The notes beneath the pieces are model-generated. The model had not been told where the DNA came from. It saw only the letters and a program-made list of their open reading frames with translations, and did not search any database. Positions 20,524 through 30,940 of a DNA stretch of 64,000 bases are shown in pieces. Source of the DNA: Oligoflexia bacterium (GTDB lineage Bacteria; Bdellovibrionota; UBA1018); NCBI GenBank assembly GCA_014378465.1, contig JACMNQ010000057.1, forward strand, positions 134,103-198,102. Direction: 5' to 3'. Numbering within the stretch: position 1 is the stretch's first letter; each line of letters starts with the position of its first letter. The translations under genes were made by a program, and so were the position numbers.

Positions 20524-20620
20524 GCCTGATCTCCCTGTGGTTTTGACATCAGCTAAACAGCACTTGTTCCAAAATGAAAACAATAAATGCGTTTGGAACG
20601 ACTTTGGCATATTGCGAAAC

Positions 20621-21451
20621 ATGCTCTTTCCAACCCTGATTTCATTTCGACGCTCCCCGTCCCTTCAGATCCTTCTCGTGAGCCTTTCTGTGCTTCTCCT
20701 GCCGGACCGTTCGTTCGCTCAGATGCAGACCTCAGTCTACCGGGTCTCGCCAGTCGTCGACGGAAGCATCATCGGCGTGACTGCACTCAGCATCCTCCTG
20801 CCTGAAATCAATGCGAATCACCTGATTCATCCGCGCACCATCCAGTCCAGTGAAGTGAACTCTCTGGATCGTTCAGCGATCGGAAACTCCAACACTTTTC
20901 TCGATACCACCAGCGATATCACCACGGGCGCCGCTGTGATCGCACCCGTGCTTCTTGACTGGATGGATCTGGGGACGAGTCAGGAATTTCTCGAAGACCT
21001 GACCGTCTATTCAGAAACCTTGAGCATCAACGGAGCTCTGGTCACGCTCGCGAAATACACAGTCCAGCGCCCCCTGCCGCGCACTTACGCCGGCGATCCG
21101 AAGCTGGTCAATTCTCCTGGAGGCTATCGCTCTTTCTACTCCGGGCACACCTCACTGACCATGGCTTCGCTCAGTGCCGCCTCGATGACTCTCAATCTCA
21201 GACACCACTCCGGCGCTCTGCCGTGGATCCTGACCGGTGCGATCACTCTGAGCGTTGCGGCGGAAAGAGTCGCGGCGGGGCGGCACTTCTACACGGACGT
21301 TGCCGTGGGCGCCGCTGCCGGAGCACTGGTGGGCATTCTCGTCCCGTTTTTTCACGAGCGCCGCAAGCGCGAAACTTCAACTTCGACTGTGAGTTTCAAT
21401 TTCGTTCCCACACCTGAAGGGGCTTTAGCTCAGTGGACGCGGCACTTCTGA
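20621..21451 (+). CDS. PAP2-superfamily phosphatase with signal peptide
   Basis: PAP2 motifs (KxxxxxRP-like, PSGH = YSGHTS, SRxxxxxHxxxD = AAERVAAGRHFYTDV). Start taken at the ATG that gives a canonical signal peptide. Confidence 0.75.
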   Translation: MLFPTLISFRRSPSLQILLVSLSVLLLPDRSFAQMQTSVYRVSPVVDGSIIGVTALSILLPEINANHLIHPRTIQSSEVNSLDRSAIGNSNTFLDTTSDITTGAAVIAPVLLDWMDLGTSQEFLEDLTVYSETLSINGALVTLAKYTVQRPLPRTYAGDPKLVNSPGGYRSFYSGHTSLTMASLSAASMTLNLRHHSGALPWILTGAITLSVAAERVAAGRHFYTDVAVGAAAGALVGILVPFFHERRKRETSTSTVSFNFVPTPEGALAQWTRHF

Positions 21452-21452
21452 A

Positions 21453-21968
21453 TCAGGTCTGAGGTTTTGGATGGGCCTGTGGTTCCACCAGATCCGTGTA
21501 GCGAATGATGCTCAACGTTCCGTCCGCTTCAAGCACCGCGGACTTGGCTTCATTGAAGTGATGAATTCCCTGCTTCCTGAAAAGAGTTCTCAGCTCTGAT
21601 TTGGAAAGAAGTTCCTTTTTCAGGTTCTTCTCGAGCAGCTTTCCATCGTGAACGAGCATCCGCGGAGTGCCTTCAAAGATGCTTTCAAAAAATCGACTCT
21701 TGTAAGTGAGGTAGGAAATCCCGAGACTCAGCAGGATGAGGACCACGGCCAGCAGCAGTCCACCACTGAGAGAATTGTCTCCACCATTCATGGAGTTCTG
21801 AACGGCATTGCTGATGAGGAGAATGGCGACGAACTCCGTCGCACCCATCTGTCCAACCTGCCTCTTGCCGGAAATTCTCAGGAGGATCAGCACGGCAAGA
21901 AAAACAACCGCCGCACGGATCACGAGATTCAACGGATGAACGTCAAAATGCATCAGGCTGTTCCACAT
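21453..21968 (-). CDS. DUF421/YetF-like membrane protein
   Basis: Two N-terminal TM helices followed by a soluble C-terminal domain, the YetF pattern. Confidence 0.5.
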   Translation of the reverse strand: MWNSLMHFDVHPLNLVIRAAVVFLAVLILLRISGKRQVGQMGATEFVAILLISNAVQNSMNGGDNSLSGGLLLAVVLILLSLGISYLTYKSRFFESIFEGTPRMLVHDGKLLEKNLKKELLSKSELRTLFRKQGIHHFNEAKSAVLEADGTLSIIRYTDLVEPQAHPKPQT

Positions 21969-22105
21969 TGGACTACACTAACCGTTGCAGCGGCCAAATC
22001 AAGAACTACTCACATTTGTCAACTCGAAAGCGCTTCCATGGTGCTTGACCAGAGAACAAATCGCGTGGCGCCGGGCCGCCTCATGCAGGAGACACCTCGA
22101 ATTTT

Positions 22106-22471
22106 TCAATTTTCCTGGTTCATCTCGGGCAGCTGATAAATGGCCGTGATCACATTCTTGAGCTCACTGCTGAATTCATCCATCACCTTGACCGGATCGA
22201 CATCAGAGCTGGACTTGCCGTAATCCTCCAAAGTCTGACAGAGCGCCGACAAAGCCAGCGCACCGATATTGCCTGAGCTTGATTTCAAAGAGTGAGCTTC
22301 AGCTTTGACCCCCTCGCGATCCCTTCTCACAACGGCAGTCTCCATGCGGGCCACGCGTTCACTTACGCTGCTCAAAAAGAGGTTCAGAATCTGGGCGACG
22401 AAGCCCGTGTCCGAGTCCGCTTCAAGTTCGCGGAGACCTTTGATGACTTCGAGATCCAAAGAAGTGCTCAT
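22106..22471 (-). CDS. Histidine phosphotransfer (HPt) domain protein
   Basis: AHSLKSSSGNIGA is the HPt signature (H-x-x-K-G-x-x-x-x-G). Confidence 0.6.
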   Translation of the reverse strand: MSTSLDLEVIKGLRELEADSDTGFVAQILNLFLSSVSERVARMETAVVRRDREGVKAEAHSLKSSSGNIGALALSALCQTLEDYGKSSSDVDPVKVMDEFSSELKNVITAIYQLPEMNQEN

Positions 22472-22593
22472 GGTTCCATTCTCGTCCAGATCGTGCGGTA
22501 GCGCCAACTGAAAACGTTCCTGACGCTTACCGCCAGATGCGACCCACAAACACTCGACGCGGATCAGTCGTGGACTCTCACTCTCAAGATTCC

Positions 22594-22953
22594 TTAAAAA
22601 AGCTCAGCATGCCAGGCGGCCCAGAGTATCAGTACTCCTTGAATCGGCAGTCTGACCCAGACCATCCATTCCGCAAGTCCGAAGGCTCGGCCTCCCTGCT
22701 GAGCCATGTAGATGTTTGCCGGAAAGACGGCCACCAGCAGCGCCATGAGTCCCATCGCGGCGTAGCGACTGACGGGTGAAACCAGTAAGCCCGCTCCCAG
22801 GGTCACTTCGGCGATTCCACTGAGCACCACCATCAGGTGATGCTCCGGAATCCAGGGCGGCATGATCTTCATGTAAACCTCAGGCTTGCGAAAGTGCATG
22901 ATCCCGGCGGCGATGTACACGATCGCCATGAGGACGAGACTGACTTTTTTCAT
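22594..22953 (-). CDS. DoxX-family membrane protein
   Basis: Small 4-TM protein with a DoxX-like pattern. Confidence 0.6.
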   Translation of the reverse strand: MKKVSLVLMAIVYIAAGIMHFRKPEVYMKIMPPWIPEHHLMVVLSGIAEVTLGAGLLVSPVSRYAAMGLMALLVAVFPANIYMAQQGGRAFGLAEWMVWVRLPIQGVLILWAAWHAELF

Positions 22954-24998
22954 GATCTCTCCACTTCTTTGGGCCAGAGAAAGGACAAGGGGGACGCTTT
23001 CCAGTACAGCTTCACTCGGCGAAACAGCACTCGCACCTGACGATGATCCACTTCTCTTGCACGAATGGCGACCAGAAGGGCCAGGCTGAAGCTGACGCCG
23101 AAGTTCAAAAGTCCGATGACAAGAATGGAAAGTGCGGTGCTCGCGATCATCCAGACGCTTTCATCCGTCCACGGCAAAGTCACGACTCCCAGAGCGGCGG
23201 AACCGGAAGACAGAGTCACGTGCCTCACTTCAAGCGGAATCCCGAAGAACTTGCCAAAGACAGGAACGAAAGCGAGCAGAAATCCCAGGCAGATCGAAGC
23301 ACTGGTCCCGGAGATGGCGCTTTTGTAGAATTTTGCCAGGCGTTGAGCTTTTTGAAGTCCAAAAAGTCTGCGAAGAATTCGGCTCTGAGCGACAGTTTCA
23401 GGAATGCGGTAGTACACGGAAGCATTCTCTACCCAGCCGGCCGCGATGCTCGCCAGCCACAGAAGAACTCCAGTCAGCGCGGCGTAGAAGAACGTCAGCG
23501 TATGAAAGAGATTGAGAGATCCAACGGCGTGGTGAGCTTCGTCCACGGTCAGGTAATGAGAGCCGGTCGCCCGCTTCCAGATCCAGTCAATGATGAGAAT
23601 GGTGGGAATGACTGCAAAGACATTCCCGAGCGCCGCCGCGAACTGAGAACGAGTGAGGCGAGCGACCATTTCCGGGAACTCAGTTTTCACCTGACTCTGA
23701 GTCTCGTGATCCTTGAGGCTTGACGGATCGAGTTTTCCGGCGAGCGCCGCTGCGGTCATCGACGGCTGCTTGGTGGCCAGCTTGAAATCAAAACACTGCA
23801 TGATGATGAAGCTGCCCGAATAATTCACCGCGGAAAACATTCCTTCAAAAAATGGCGGAAGCCCCAGGCCCATGATCACGAATTTCATCATGGCAGTTCC
23901 GGCCGTGAGCACTCCTCCGCCCGCCGCTTCGCGAACCATCTGAAAGTACTCCGCACGGGTTCGCGTGATGTAGTGTTCGCCCGTTTCACCGGATCGCTCA
24001 GAAATCTTGCGAGAGAGAAGCGCCATGCTCTTTCTGAACAGAACGAGGACACTCTGATCCTTGTAGGCTCCGCGAATCAGATCCGAGATGAGTCTGATCT
24101 CCAGCGCCCCGGGAGCCAGGGCCTTCTTCTTTCTCACGCAGACGCGAACGATCATTTCGAGTCGATTCAGGCTGGTTTCAATCTTCCCGACCTGAAAGAC
24201 CAGCTCCACACTGACGCCGAATTCTTCGAGATGACTCCTCACCCACGCAAGCACCTGACGAGCGGCTTCGATTTCGTGCAGATACTCCTCGAAGATCGCG
24301 CCGCGTTCGAGATCACTGGATCTAAGGAACTTGTGTTGCAGGAGCGGCAATCTGACGAAAGGAGACTGGGACATGACCACTGAGGGAGCACGCAATCGAA
24401 TGGATTCTCGAACTCCCATCCCGGAGATCTCCGCCGCGAGAATGGTGGACGCTTCCTTCAAGGACTCGTCCTGGCGCCACTTCAGGGTGTCCAGGTGCTC
24501 CAGTGCGCCACAGGAAATCCAGGCCATCAGCCCGTTGAAAACATCCTCCGGAAGCTCAAGCATCCACTCAGTATCCTGCTTCTTCAGGAAAAGTCGCGGC
24601 AGGAGTGCACTCAGGCTCTTCTCCTCACTGGATTCCGGCAGGATCTTGTGAATCAATCTTCTGGACGCCTCCTGGAGAAATCCCTGTTCGCTTGGAATGC
24701 CGGAACTCGCGAGCAAACTCACGCTGGTGGTCTCCTCCAGAACGCTGCGGATCAGTTCAGCGGTGGTCCGCTTGAGCTCAGGACTGCGCTCCAGAAATTG
24801 CAGCACGAACCGAAGACGCACGACCGGAGAGGACTCTCCTGCGGCACCGCGATAACAGATCCATCTCGACAACTGCTCGAGCCAGATCAGTCTATCCGAC
24901 AGCAGGCTTTCAGACTTCGCCTGCGCGAAGATGTAGCTCAGGTCGAGTTTCGGATCAGGGAGAAAGGCCTGCTGCACGCGCTTGATGGCTTTGAACAT
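22950..24998 (-). CDS. Large membrane protein, possibly Gcr-like 'site-specific recombinase' family (PF10136-like); function unknown
   Basis: 682 aa. A long soluble helical N-terminal region and a C-terminal multi-TM region. The family assignment is from memory of the architecture only. Confidence 0.4.
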   Translation of the reverse strand: MFKAIKRVQQAFLPDPKLDLSYIFAQAKSESLLSDRLIWLEQLSRWICYRGAAGESSPVVRLRFVLQFLERSPELKRTTAELIRSVLEETTSVSLLASSGIPSEQGFLQEASRRLIHKILPESSEEKSLSALLPRLFLKKQDTEWMLELPEDVFNGLMAWISCGALEHLDTLKWRQDESLKEASTILAAEISGMGVRESIRLRAPSVVMSQSPFVRLPLLQHKFLRSSDLERGAIFEEYLHEIEAARQVLAWVRSHLEEFGVSVELVFQVGKIETSLNRLEMIVRVCVRKKKALAPGALEIRLISDLIRGAYKDQSVLVLFRKSMALLSRKISERSGETGEHYITRTRAEYFQMVREAAGGGVLTAGTAMMKFVIMGLGLPPFFEGMFSAVNYSGSFIIMQCFDFKLATKQPSMTAAALAGKLDPSSLKDHETQSQVKTEFPEMVARLTRSQFAAALGNVFAVIPTILIIDWIWKRATGSHYLTVDEAHHAVGSLNLFHTLTFFYAALTGVLLWLASIAAGWVENASVYYRIPETVAQSRILRRLFGLQKAQRLAKFYKSAISGTSASICLGFLLAFVPVFGKFFGIPLEVRHVTLSSGSAALGVVTLPWTDESVWMIASTALSILVIGLLNFGVSFSLALLVAIRAREVDHRQVRVLFRRVKLYWKASPLSFLWPKEVERS

Positions 24999-25104
24999 GC
25001 GAGAATCGTAACACGATTTTGCGCACGTCCCAGCGCTTTAGCGATCGGCCCCCACGAAATGCCGACAGACAATGCGCGAAGGCGATGAGAACTCTTGAAT
25101 CAGC

Positions 25105-25770
25105 TCAACGCTGCATGTTTTTCCAGAAGGAGTCCACGGCGGCGCGAGCTTCCTGGCACTGGTCAGGGGTCAACTTGTTGGAATCGGGATAGATGATTGC
25201 CGACATCACGTCAGAATTGCTGTTCACGTGATCGAGGTTCAGATAGTGGCCAAGTTCATGGGCGACGATGTTTCCAAAGTCAGCGACCGTGCTCTCGAAA
25301 ACGGCACCATACGGGCCGGAACCCGGCATGGCGGTCCAGGCATTCTTGGCGGTTCCCCAATAACCGGTCTGAGCGATCAAAAGAGTGTTGCCATCATTGA
25401 ACGCTTTGCGGATCTGGTCGAGCTCATTCATGGAGTCGACTTTGGAAAGGCCGAACTTCGTCGGATCAACGGCCTGATAGTTGTCGATCTGAAATTGAAT
25501 TCCACAGGACTTCCAGATCTGATTGATCGTGGCGAGATTCCTGGTGGCGGCGGCCTGGTCCGTGACCGCGTCTCCTTTTGAATTCGTGTAAGTTACATAA
25601 TTCAGAGCCAGGCATTTCTGACTGGGATCGTCAGAATGACAGCCAGCGGCCAGAGGTGAATAGTTTGCGGCAGAACCCGCAGCCCCAGCAGATGATCCGT
25701 CGCAAGCAGTCATTCCAAACATCGCGGTCATCACAATCAGAAAAGGGCTGGTGATCGTTTTAAAATTCAT
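25105..25770 (-). CDS. Zinc metalloprotease lipoprotein (HExxH)
   Basis: HELGHYLNLDH zincin motif. Lipoprotein-type signal (FGMTAC). GGAGG lies 7-8 nt upstream of the ATG at 25770. Confidence 0.7.
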   Translation of the reverse strand: MNFKTITSPFLIVMTAMFGMTACDGSSAGAAGSAANYSPLAAGCHSDDPSQKCLALNYVTYTNSKGDAVTDQAAATRNLATINQIWKSCGIQFQIDNYQAVDPTKFGLSKVDSMNELDQIRKAFNDGNTLLIAQTGYWGTAKNAWTAMPGSGPYGAVFESTVADFGNIVAHELGHYLNLDHVNSNSDVMSAIIYPDSNKLTPDQCQEARAAVDSFWKNMQR

Positions 25771-26218
25771 TCCGTCTCCTCCGCAAAATTCTCCGAAGCT
25801 CAGCGCCACTGTCTGTCTTTCGAAGCAGCGAACGCCGATTGATCCATCAATCCAGCGCGCTTGAATCTTGTCTCTGTGGTTACCGAGCCTACTCAAAAAA
25901 GTGCAGCGACGTCGAGAATTTACTTCAATTTGCACTGTAAAAGTTGAGTAAGTGAACGGCCGAATCGGCAAGACGAATTTGAATAAGGGCAATTATTCCC
26001 CGTGAATTCTTTGATTCAATCATTTCTAAAGCATCACGCGCACAGCGGCATGAGCCGCTCAATAAAATCTTTGAAAACGCATGACAGCGACCGGCTCAAT
26101 ACACAACTTTTATTGAATCAGGGTTGAAACCGGGAGCGGAGCAGGAATCCAGGGAGCACGCTCATCTTCAATTGCAGGCTCATGTCGACACTCTGAAGCG
26201 ATCGACTCCGCCTGAGGG

Positions 26219-26440
26219 CTAGGGCTTGGCCGAGGACTGCACTTCTCTCAGGTCGCACGACTCAGTCTCTGGATCAAAAACCACGGTGACCTTGCCAGCC
26301 TCAATCTGCCTCATGACATGGGCGATCTTGGTCTCAAGTGAAGCTTCGCGTTCTCCATAATCAGTTCCATCACGCGTGACGAATTCTTCGATCAAGGCAT
26401 GCAGCACATCGGGCGGGAGACGATCGTGAGGAATATCCAT
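26219..26440 (-). CDS. YheU-family protein (UPF0270)
   Basis: LPPDVLHALIEEFVTRDGTDYGE matches the YheU consensus. Confidence 0.6.
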   Translation of the reverse strand: MDIPHDRLPPDVLHALIEEFVTRDGTDYGEREASLETKIAHVMRQIEAGKVTVVFDPETESCDLREVQSSAKP

Positions 26441-26454
26441 GGTCCGTTCTCCTG

Positions 26455-26916
26455 TCAGTCATCCTGGTAGAGAGGCGAATACTTTTTCAGGAGAATCCGC
26501 CCCTGCTGCTGCAACTCCCGGGCTTTTTCAATGATCCGAAAGCGGGCGCCCGTCTGCTGGCCCACCGTCACCTGCGCGAGCTCCGAAGCGGTGTCCCGGT
26601 AAGCGAAAGCCTGGGCGGATGCCATGTTCTTCACGAACTTCTGGACCAGTTCTTCATCGGAGCAATGATAGAGAGCGAGAGCGACGGCAGTCATTTCGTT
26701 CTTCATTTCGTGCATCAGCTCCGCCACCATCATGCCGTTCACGGACTTGAATTCTTCAAACATGAAAATCGCGGTTTCGACATGCGCAAGGAACTGCGGG
26801 TCGTCATTGCGAAGAATAGCCATCAGCTGCTCGCGTCGAGGGAGCGGAGTGGTTTCAAGTGAATTGACCAGATTTCTGAAGCCACCTGGCTTTTTATGTC
26901 GTGCAGCGATAGACAA
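26455..26916 (-). CDS. Hypothetical protein
   Basis: Helical. No confident family. Confidence 0.35.
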   Translation of the reverse strand: MSIAARHKKPGGFRNLVNSLETTPLPRREQLMAILRNDDPQFLAHVETAIFMFEEFKSVNGMMVAELMHEMKNEMTAVALALYHCSDEELVQKFVKNMASAQAFAYRDTASELAQVTVGQQTGARFRIIEKARELQQQGRILLKKYSPLYQDD

Positions 26917-26927
26917 GAGACACCTTT

Positions 26928-27470
26928 GTGATGAAATTGCTCAATCCGTATTTCAATTTATATCAGGCTTTGGCCCATTCCTCGAACACTTTTGAGCAAC
27001 TCCCGGCGGAGATTCGAAAAAATCTGATCTGGGCCTATTCGTGGTCCATTCCGACGACTGAAGCCATCCTGAAGCTCACAGAACATTCGCCGCTACTCGA
27101 GGCGGGAGCCGGGACGGGATACTGGGCTTGGCTTTGCGAACAGGCCGGCGGGCAGATTACCGCCTTTGACCGCAATGCGACCGCAGCTCCGCACTGGACC
27201 GCGGTGCACGCAGGTGACGCAAGCTGGATCGTGCGGCACCCCGACAAGACTCTGTTTCTCTGCTGGCCACCCCTCGACGACCGCTTCGCTGCTGACTGCC
27301 TGACTGCCTACGCGGGCCAGTGGCTCTTCTACGTTGGCGAATTTCGAGGGAGGACGGCCGACACTGCATTTCATGAGCACCTGGAGCGGGAGTTCACGCT
27401 CGATTCGACCGTACAGCTGCCCTGCTGGCCGGGCTTTTCCGATCGACTCCATCTCTTCCGGAGAAAATGA
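26928..27470 (+). CDS. Hypothetical protein with a possible SAM-methyltransferase-like glycine motif
   Basis: A LLEAGAGTGYWAWL G-x-G-x-G-like segment. Weak. Confidence 0.35.
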   Translation: MMKLLNPYFNLYQALAHSSNTFEQLPAEIRKNLIWAYSWSIPTTEAILKLTEHSPLLEAGAGTGYWAWLCEQAGGQITAFDRNATAAPHWTAVHAGDASWIVRHPDKTLFLCWPPLDDRFAADCLTAYAGQWLFYVGEFRGRTADTAFHEHLEREFTLDSTVQLPCWPGFSDRLHLFRRK

Positions 27471-27520
27471 CGAAGAAAGGCGGCTCTGGACGAAAGTGAA
27501 ATCTGCGCAGAGCCCCTGAA

Positions 27521-27552
27521 ACGAAAAAAGGCGCTCCTCGCGGAGCGCCTCA
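27521..27552 (-). terminator. Rho-independent terminator downstream of the HU gene (potentially bidirectional)
   Basis: 9-bp GC-rich stem AGGCGCTCC/GGAGCGCCT with a 4-nt loop. A U-run follows on the minus strand (A-run on plus). Confidence 0.65.
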
Positions 27553-27604
27553 AATCGATTTTCGCCAGGTGCGAATCAGAATTTTCCGGCCGAAGCCTTA
27601 AAAA

Positions 27605-27997
27605 TTACCAATTCTTCTTGTTTGCGAAAGTTTCTTTCAAGGTCTTGGGGAAAGACCAGCGTGGCTTCTGGCTTGCTGGACGTGCCTTGATCATCATTTC
27701 TTCGCCAGTGAAAGGATTGACGCCTTTTCCTGCTTTACGAGCCTTGACTTCTTTACGGCCGATGGCGCCGATGACAGGGAAACGAACGCGTTCACCCTTC
27801 GCTGCTGCTTTCACGCCGGACAAGAAAGTATCTTCGATAGCTTTCTTGAGGTCAGTGCGCTTCATGCGGATTTCGCCGTTTCTTGCGACAGTAGCCAATT
27901 TCAGAACGCTCTCATGAAGAGTGTTGATGAAAGAGAACTTGGTGTTCTTGTTGGTCTTGGTCGTTTTTCCTGCAGATTTCTTAGTAACTTTTGCCAT
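27605..27997 (-). CDS. HU/IHF-family DNA-binding protein with a lysine-rich N-terminal extension
   Basis: HU-fold arm GERVRFPVIGAIGRKEVKARKAGKGVNPFTGEEMMIKARP. The N-terminal tail is KKSAGKTTKTNKNTK. Confidence 0.8.
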   Translation of the reverse strand: MAKVTKKSAGKTTKTNKNTKFSFINTLHESVLKLATVARNGEIRMKRTDLKKAIEDTFLSGVKAAAKGERVRFPVIGAIGRKEVKARKAGKGVNPFTGEEMMIKARPASQKPRWSFPKTLKETFANKKNW

Positions 27998-28345
27998 TTG
28001 TAAATCCTCCGTTGTCTTAGTTGTAGGGCCTCATTTCAGTTCGAGCAAGAGCAAATCCTGAAAAAGCGTCGTTTATTTCACAAGAATGCGGATTCGATTT
28101 CCATCACTCACTGAAAGCCGCCCTTCGGATTTGTGTCCCATGCTCATTTTCATCTAAAAATAGGCGGAAACAAGCAAAAAATTGATCACTTCTAATTTCG
28201 TCGACCTGTCTAGTGGTTTTTTTTGTTATTTTGGAAATGTATGGCGACTCGAATCACAAACAGGCCTGTTTCACGCTTCTTCACCCTACTGGGATGCTCA
28301 CTCCATTCATCGCGGCGGCACACGTGACAAATGCGAGATCCGCGA

Positions 28346-30940
28346 TCAATGAAGATCAGACTGCAGGATTTCGATGGGCTTGCTGTGCAGAACCGCACGA
28401 GTCGCCACCCAGGTCGTGAAAGCGCTGATCGCGGTGATCGCAAAAACACTTGAAAGGGGCACTTTCCAGCTGAATATCCAGAGTCCGTCGAAGAGAAATC
28501 GCGAAAGCAGGAAACTCAGGGCCAGACTCAGCGTTGCTCCCAGAAGTGAAGCTGAAGCGGCGAGAACTGAGAACTCGAGGAGGTAGATACCTCGAATGTC
28601 TCCGAACTTCGCGCCCAGGATCTTGAGAAGATGAGTCTCCGTCCTGCGGCTCTGGGCCTGATGATTCGCGATCGAGAAGACCACGACGAACCCGGAGAAA
28701 AGGGAAAGCCAGGCCATCAGTTCGATGGCCCATCCCATCTGCACGAAAAGATTAAGCAGCTTCTGAATGACCTGAGTGATGTCGACGATCGAAATGTTCG
28801 GAAACTGCTTCACCAGGCGGTTCTGGAGCTGAGCTCGCTGATTCAGGTTCAGACGGGGCACGGAGGCAAGGAAAGTCTTCGGAGCGTCATCGAGCGCTCC
28901 TGGCTGAAACTGAATGAAGAAGTTCGGCTGAAAGCTGGTCCACTTGACCTTCCTGAAGTTGACGACCTTGCCGGAAATCGGCACTCCCTGGACATCAAAT
29001 GTCAGCAAGTCTCCCAGTCTGATCTTCAGCCGGTCCGCGAAATCCTTCTCTACCGAAAGCTCCGCGGGCACTTCAATTTCCTGCCCCGTCGTGCCCTCGG
29101 AACTTTTCGATTCGTAACGACCCGTGAAAGGCCTGCCTTTCACGATCGTTTCGGCTTCGGTCAGATTCAATCGATAGGTCAGATTGAATCCTCGATTTCG
29201 TGAACGTTCATCCCTTTCCTCTTCGCGAGTGTTCGCCTGCGTGGGATCGGTCCTTTTCTCAAACGGGAGACCATTGATTCTTTCAAGACGGGCGCGAATC
29301 AAGGGTGAAATACCAGTCAACCTGCTGCCCGACTCCGAAATAAAGCGGGTCAAGGGAGCAACCTGCTCTTCTTGAATGTCGAAAAAGAAGAGGCTCGGGA
29401 CTTCGGAAACTTCCGGCCGAACGATTTCAGTTTCGAGGTTCTTCTGGATCTGGGGGATCAGATTGATGAGCAGTGAACCAAGCCCGATGGCAAGAAAACA
29501 GGACAGTGAACTGACCCGGTGACGAGAAAGACTCCGAAGCGCCATCCTGAGGCGGAGTCCAAGGCCGCTTGCCCGACGTCCGATTGCCGCGAGCCCGACG
29601 TTGCCGAGGAGGGCCTGAATGATTCCAGCGATCAGAAACCCGCCCACGAAAAGGCTACCGACCTTCCACGAATTGGCCTGCCAGACCGCAAGTCCCCAGA
29701 AAATGGAGAGAGCCGGGAACCACGCGAAGAGTGACTTCAGCCGAAATTCTTCGGTTCCCTCAGTTTCCATGGATTCCTGAAAAAGGGCATTGGCACTCAG
29801 ATGCCGAATCTTCTCAAGGAGTGGCCAGCAGATGAGCACGCTGCCGGTGATGCCGAGGACCAATGCCAGAATCAGACTTCTCGGTGTCCAGAAGTACTGG
29901 ATCGGCAGATGAAAGTGACGATTCAGAAACGCGGTCAACTGCGGCAGCACTGCCGCACTCGCCAGGGAAGCGATGATCGCTGCAAATCCACCCAGAATGG
30001 CGAGTTGAAGGAGGTAGATCTTTCGTGCATTGGCCTGAGTGACCCCCAGACTCATGTAGACGGCGATCTCCTTCAGTCGCATCGCCAGAAAACTGCGAAA
30101 GAGATAACCCGCACCCACCGCCGCAAGAAAAAGAGCAACGAGCGATACGAGGCCGAGGTAGTCGTTCAGGTAATCCATGAATCTGCCGGTCTGAGCGCTC
30201 GAAGTTCGGTGATTGACCACCTGAAGTGAAGGGTCTTCGAGCGCAGCGTCGAGCCTGGAGAGGACGACTTCGGAGTCATCGTGCGGAAGCTTGAAAAACC
30301 AGCGATAAGTCACCGTACTTCCCTGCTGCACGAGTTCGGTCTTCTTCAGCGCTTCCTTGCCGAGGTACACCCTCGGCGCAAGGGACATTCCCTGCCAGCT
30401 GCTGGAGGTATCAGCCTGGATGAAGTCCGCGATCCTGAACGTCAGCGCGCCGATCTTGAGCGGCTCCCCCTGCCTCACGTTCATCTGCGCCTGAAACTCG
30501 GGAGACACCCAGACTTCGGGCAGCTGATTGATTTCCTTTGAATCCGATCCATGAATTCTGCGCCCTGAGCGCAGTAAAATTTCACCGTAAAGAGGATAGT
30601 GCTCATCAATCGCCACAAGCTCGACCAGCCGACTCATGGAGCCGGAGTTGTCCGTGCCCACCATGGAATAGAGCACGGTCGCCTGGCTTTGTTCAGCACC
30701 GGGGCCAACGCTCTGTTTAATCTTCAGAGATTCGGCCGGGGTCAAAGCTCTGCGCGCCGAAACTGCAACGTCCGCGGTCAACATGGCCTTGGACTGGGCA
30801 CTCAGACTTCTCTCAAAGGAAGTCTTGAAAGCGTCCAGACACAGAAAGCCGAACAGGCCCAGCGCCAGATTGAAGATGAAGAACAGACTGAAACGCCGGC
30901 TCTGCACAATCTCTCGCCAGGCGAACTTGAGCCACATCAT
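28346..30940 (-). CDS. ybbP: ABC transporter permease, YbbP-like (two FtsX domains)
   Basis: About 860 aa with two FtsX-type 4-TM modules. Overlaps the upstream ATPase gene (ATGA). Confidence 0.8.
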   Translation of the reverse strand: MMWLKFAWREIVQSRRFSLFFIFNLALGLFGFLCLDAFKTSFERSLSAQSKAMLTADVAVSARRALTPAESLKIKQSVGPGAEQSQATVLYSMVGTDNSGSMSRLVELVAIDEHYPLYGEILLRSGRRIHGSDSKEINQLPEVWVSPEFQAQMNVRQGEPLKIGALTFRIADFIQADTSSSWQGMSLAPRVYLGKEALKKTELVQQGSTVTYRWFFKLPHDDSEVVLSRLDAALEDPSLQVVNHRTSSAQTGRFMDYLNDYLGLVSLVALFLAAVGAGYLFRSFLAMRLKEIAVYMSLGVTQANARKIYLLQLAILGGFAAIIASLASAAVLPQLTAFLNRHFHLPIQYFWTPRSLILALVLGITGSVLICWPLLEKIRHLSANALFQESMETEGTEEFRLKSLFAWFPALSIFWGLAVWQANSWKVGSLFVGGFLIAGIIQALLGNVGLAAIGRRASGLGLRLRMALRSLSRHRVSSLSCFLAIGLGSLLINLIPQIQKNLETEIVRPEVSEVPSLFFFDIQEEQVAPLTRFISESGSRLTGISPLIRARLERINGLPFEKRTDPTQANTREEERDERSRNRGFNLTYRLNLTEAETIVKGRPFTGRYESKSSEGTTGQEIEVPAELSVEKDFADRLKIRLGDLLTFDVQGVPISGKVVNFRKVKWTSFQPNFFIQFQPGALDDAPKTFLASVPRLNLNQRAQLQNRLVKQFPNISIVDITQVIQKLLNLFVQMGWAIELMAWLSLFSGFVVVFSIANHQAQSRRTETHLLKILGAKFGDIRGIYLLEFSVLAASASLLGATLSLALSFLLSRFLFDGLWIFSWKVPLSSVFAITAISAFTTWVATRAVLHSKPIEILQSDLH

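Noticed and set aside
23043-23723. 226-aa plus-strand ORF
   Set aside because: Antisense to the 682-aa membrane protein. Low-complexity charged composition typical of shadow frames.
28631-29203. 190-aa plus-strand ORF and other short ORFs inside 28346-30988
   Set aside because: Antisense to the YbbP-like permease, which has a clear FtsX-type TM organisation.
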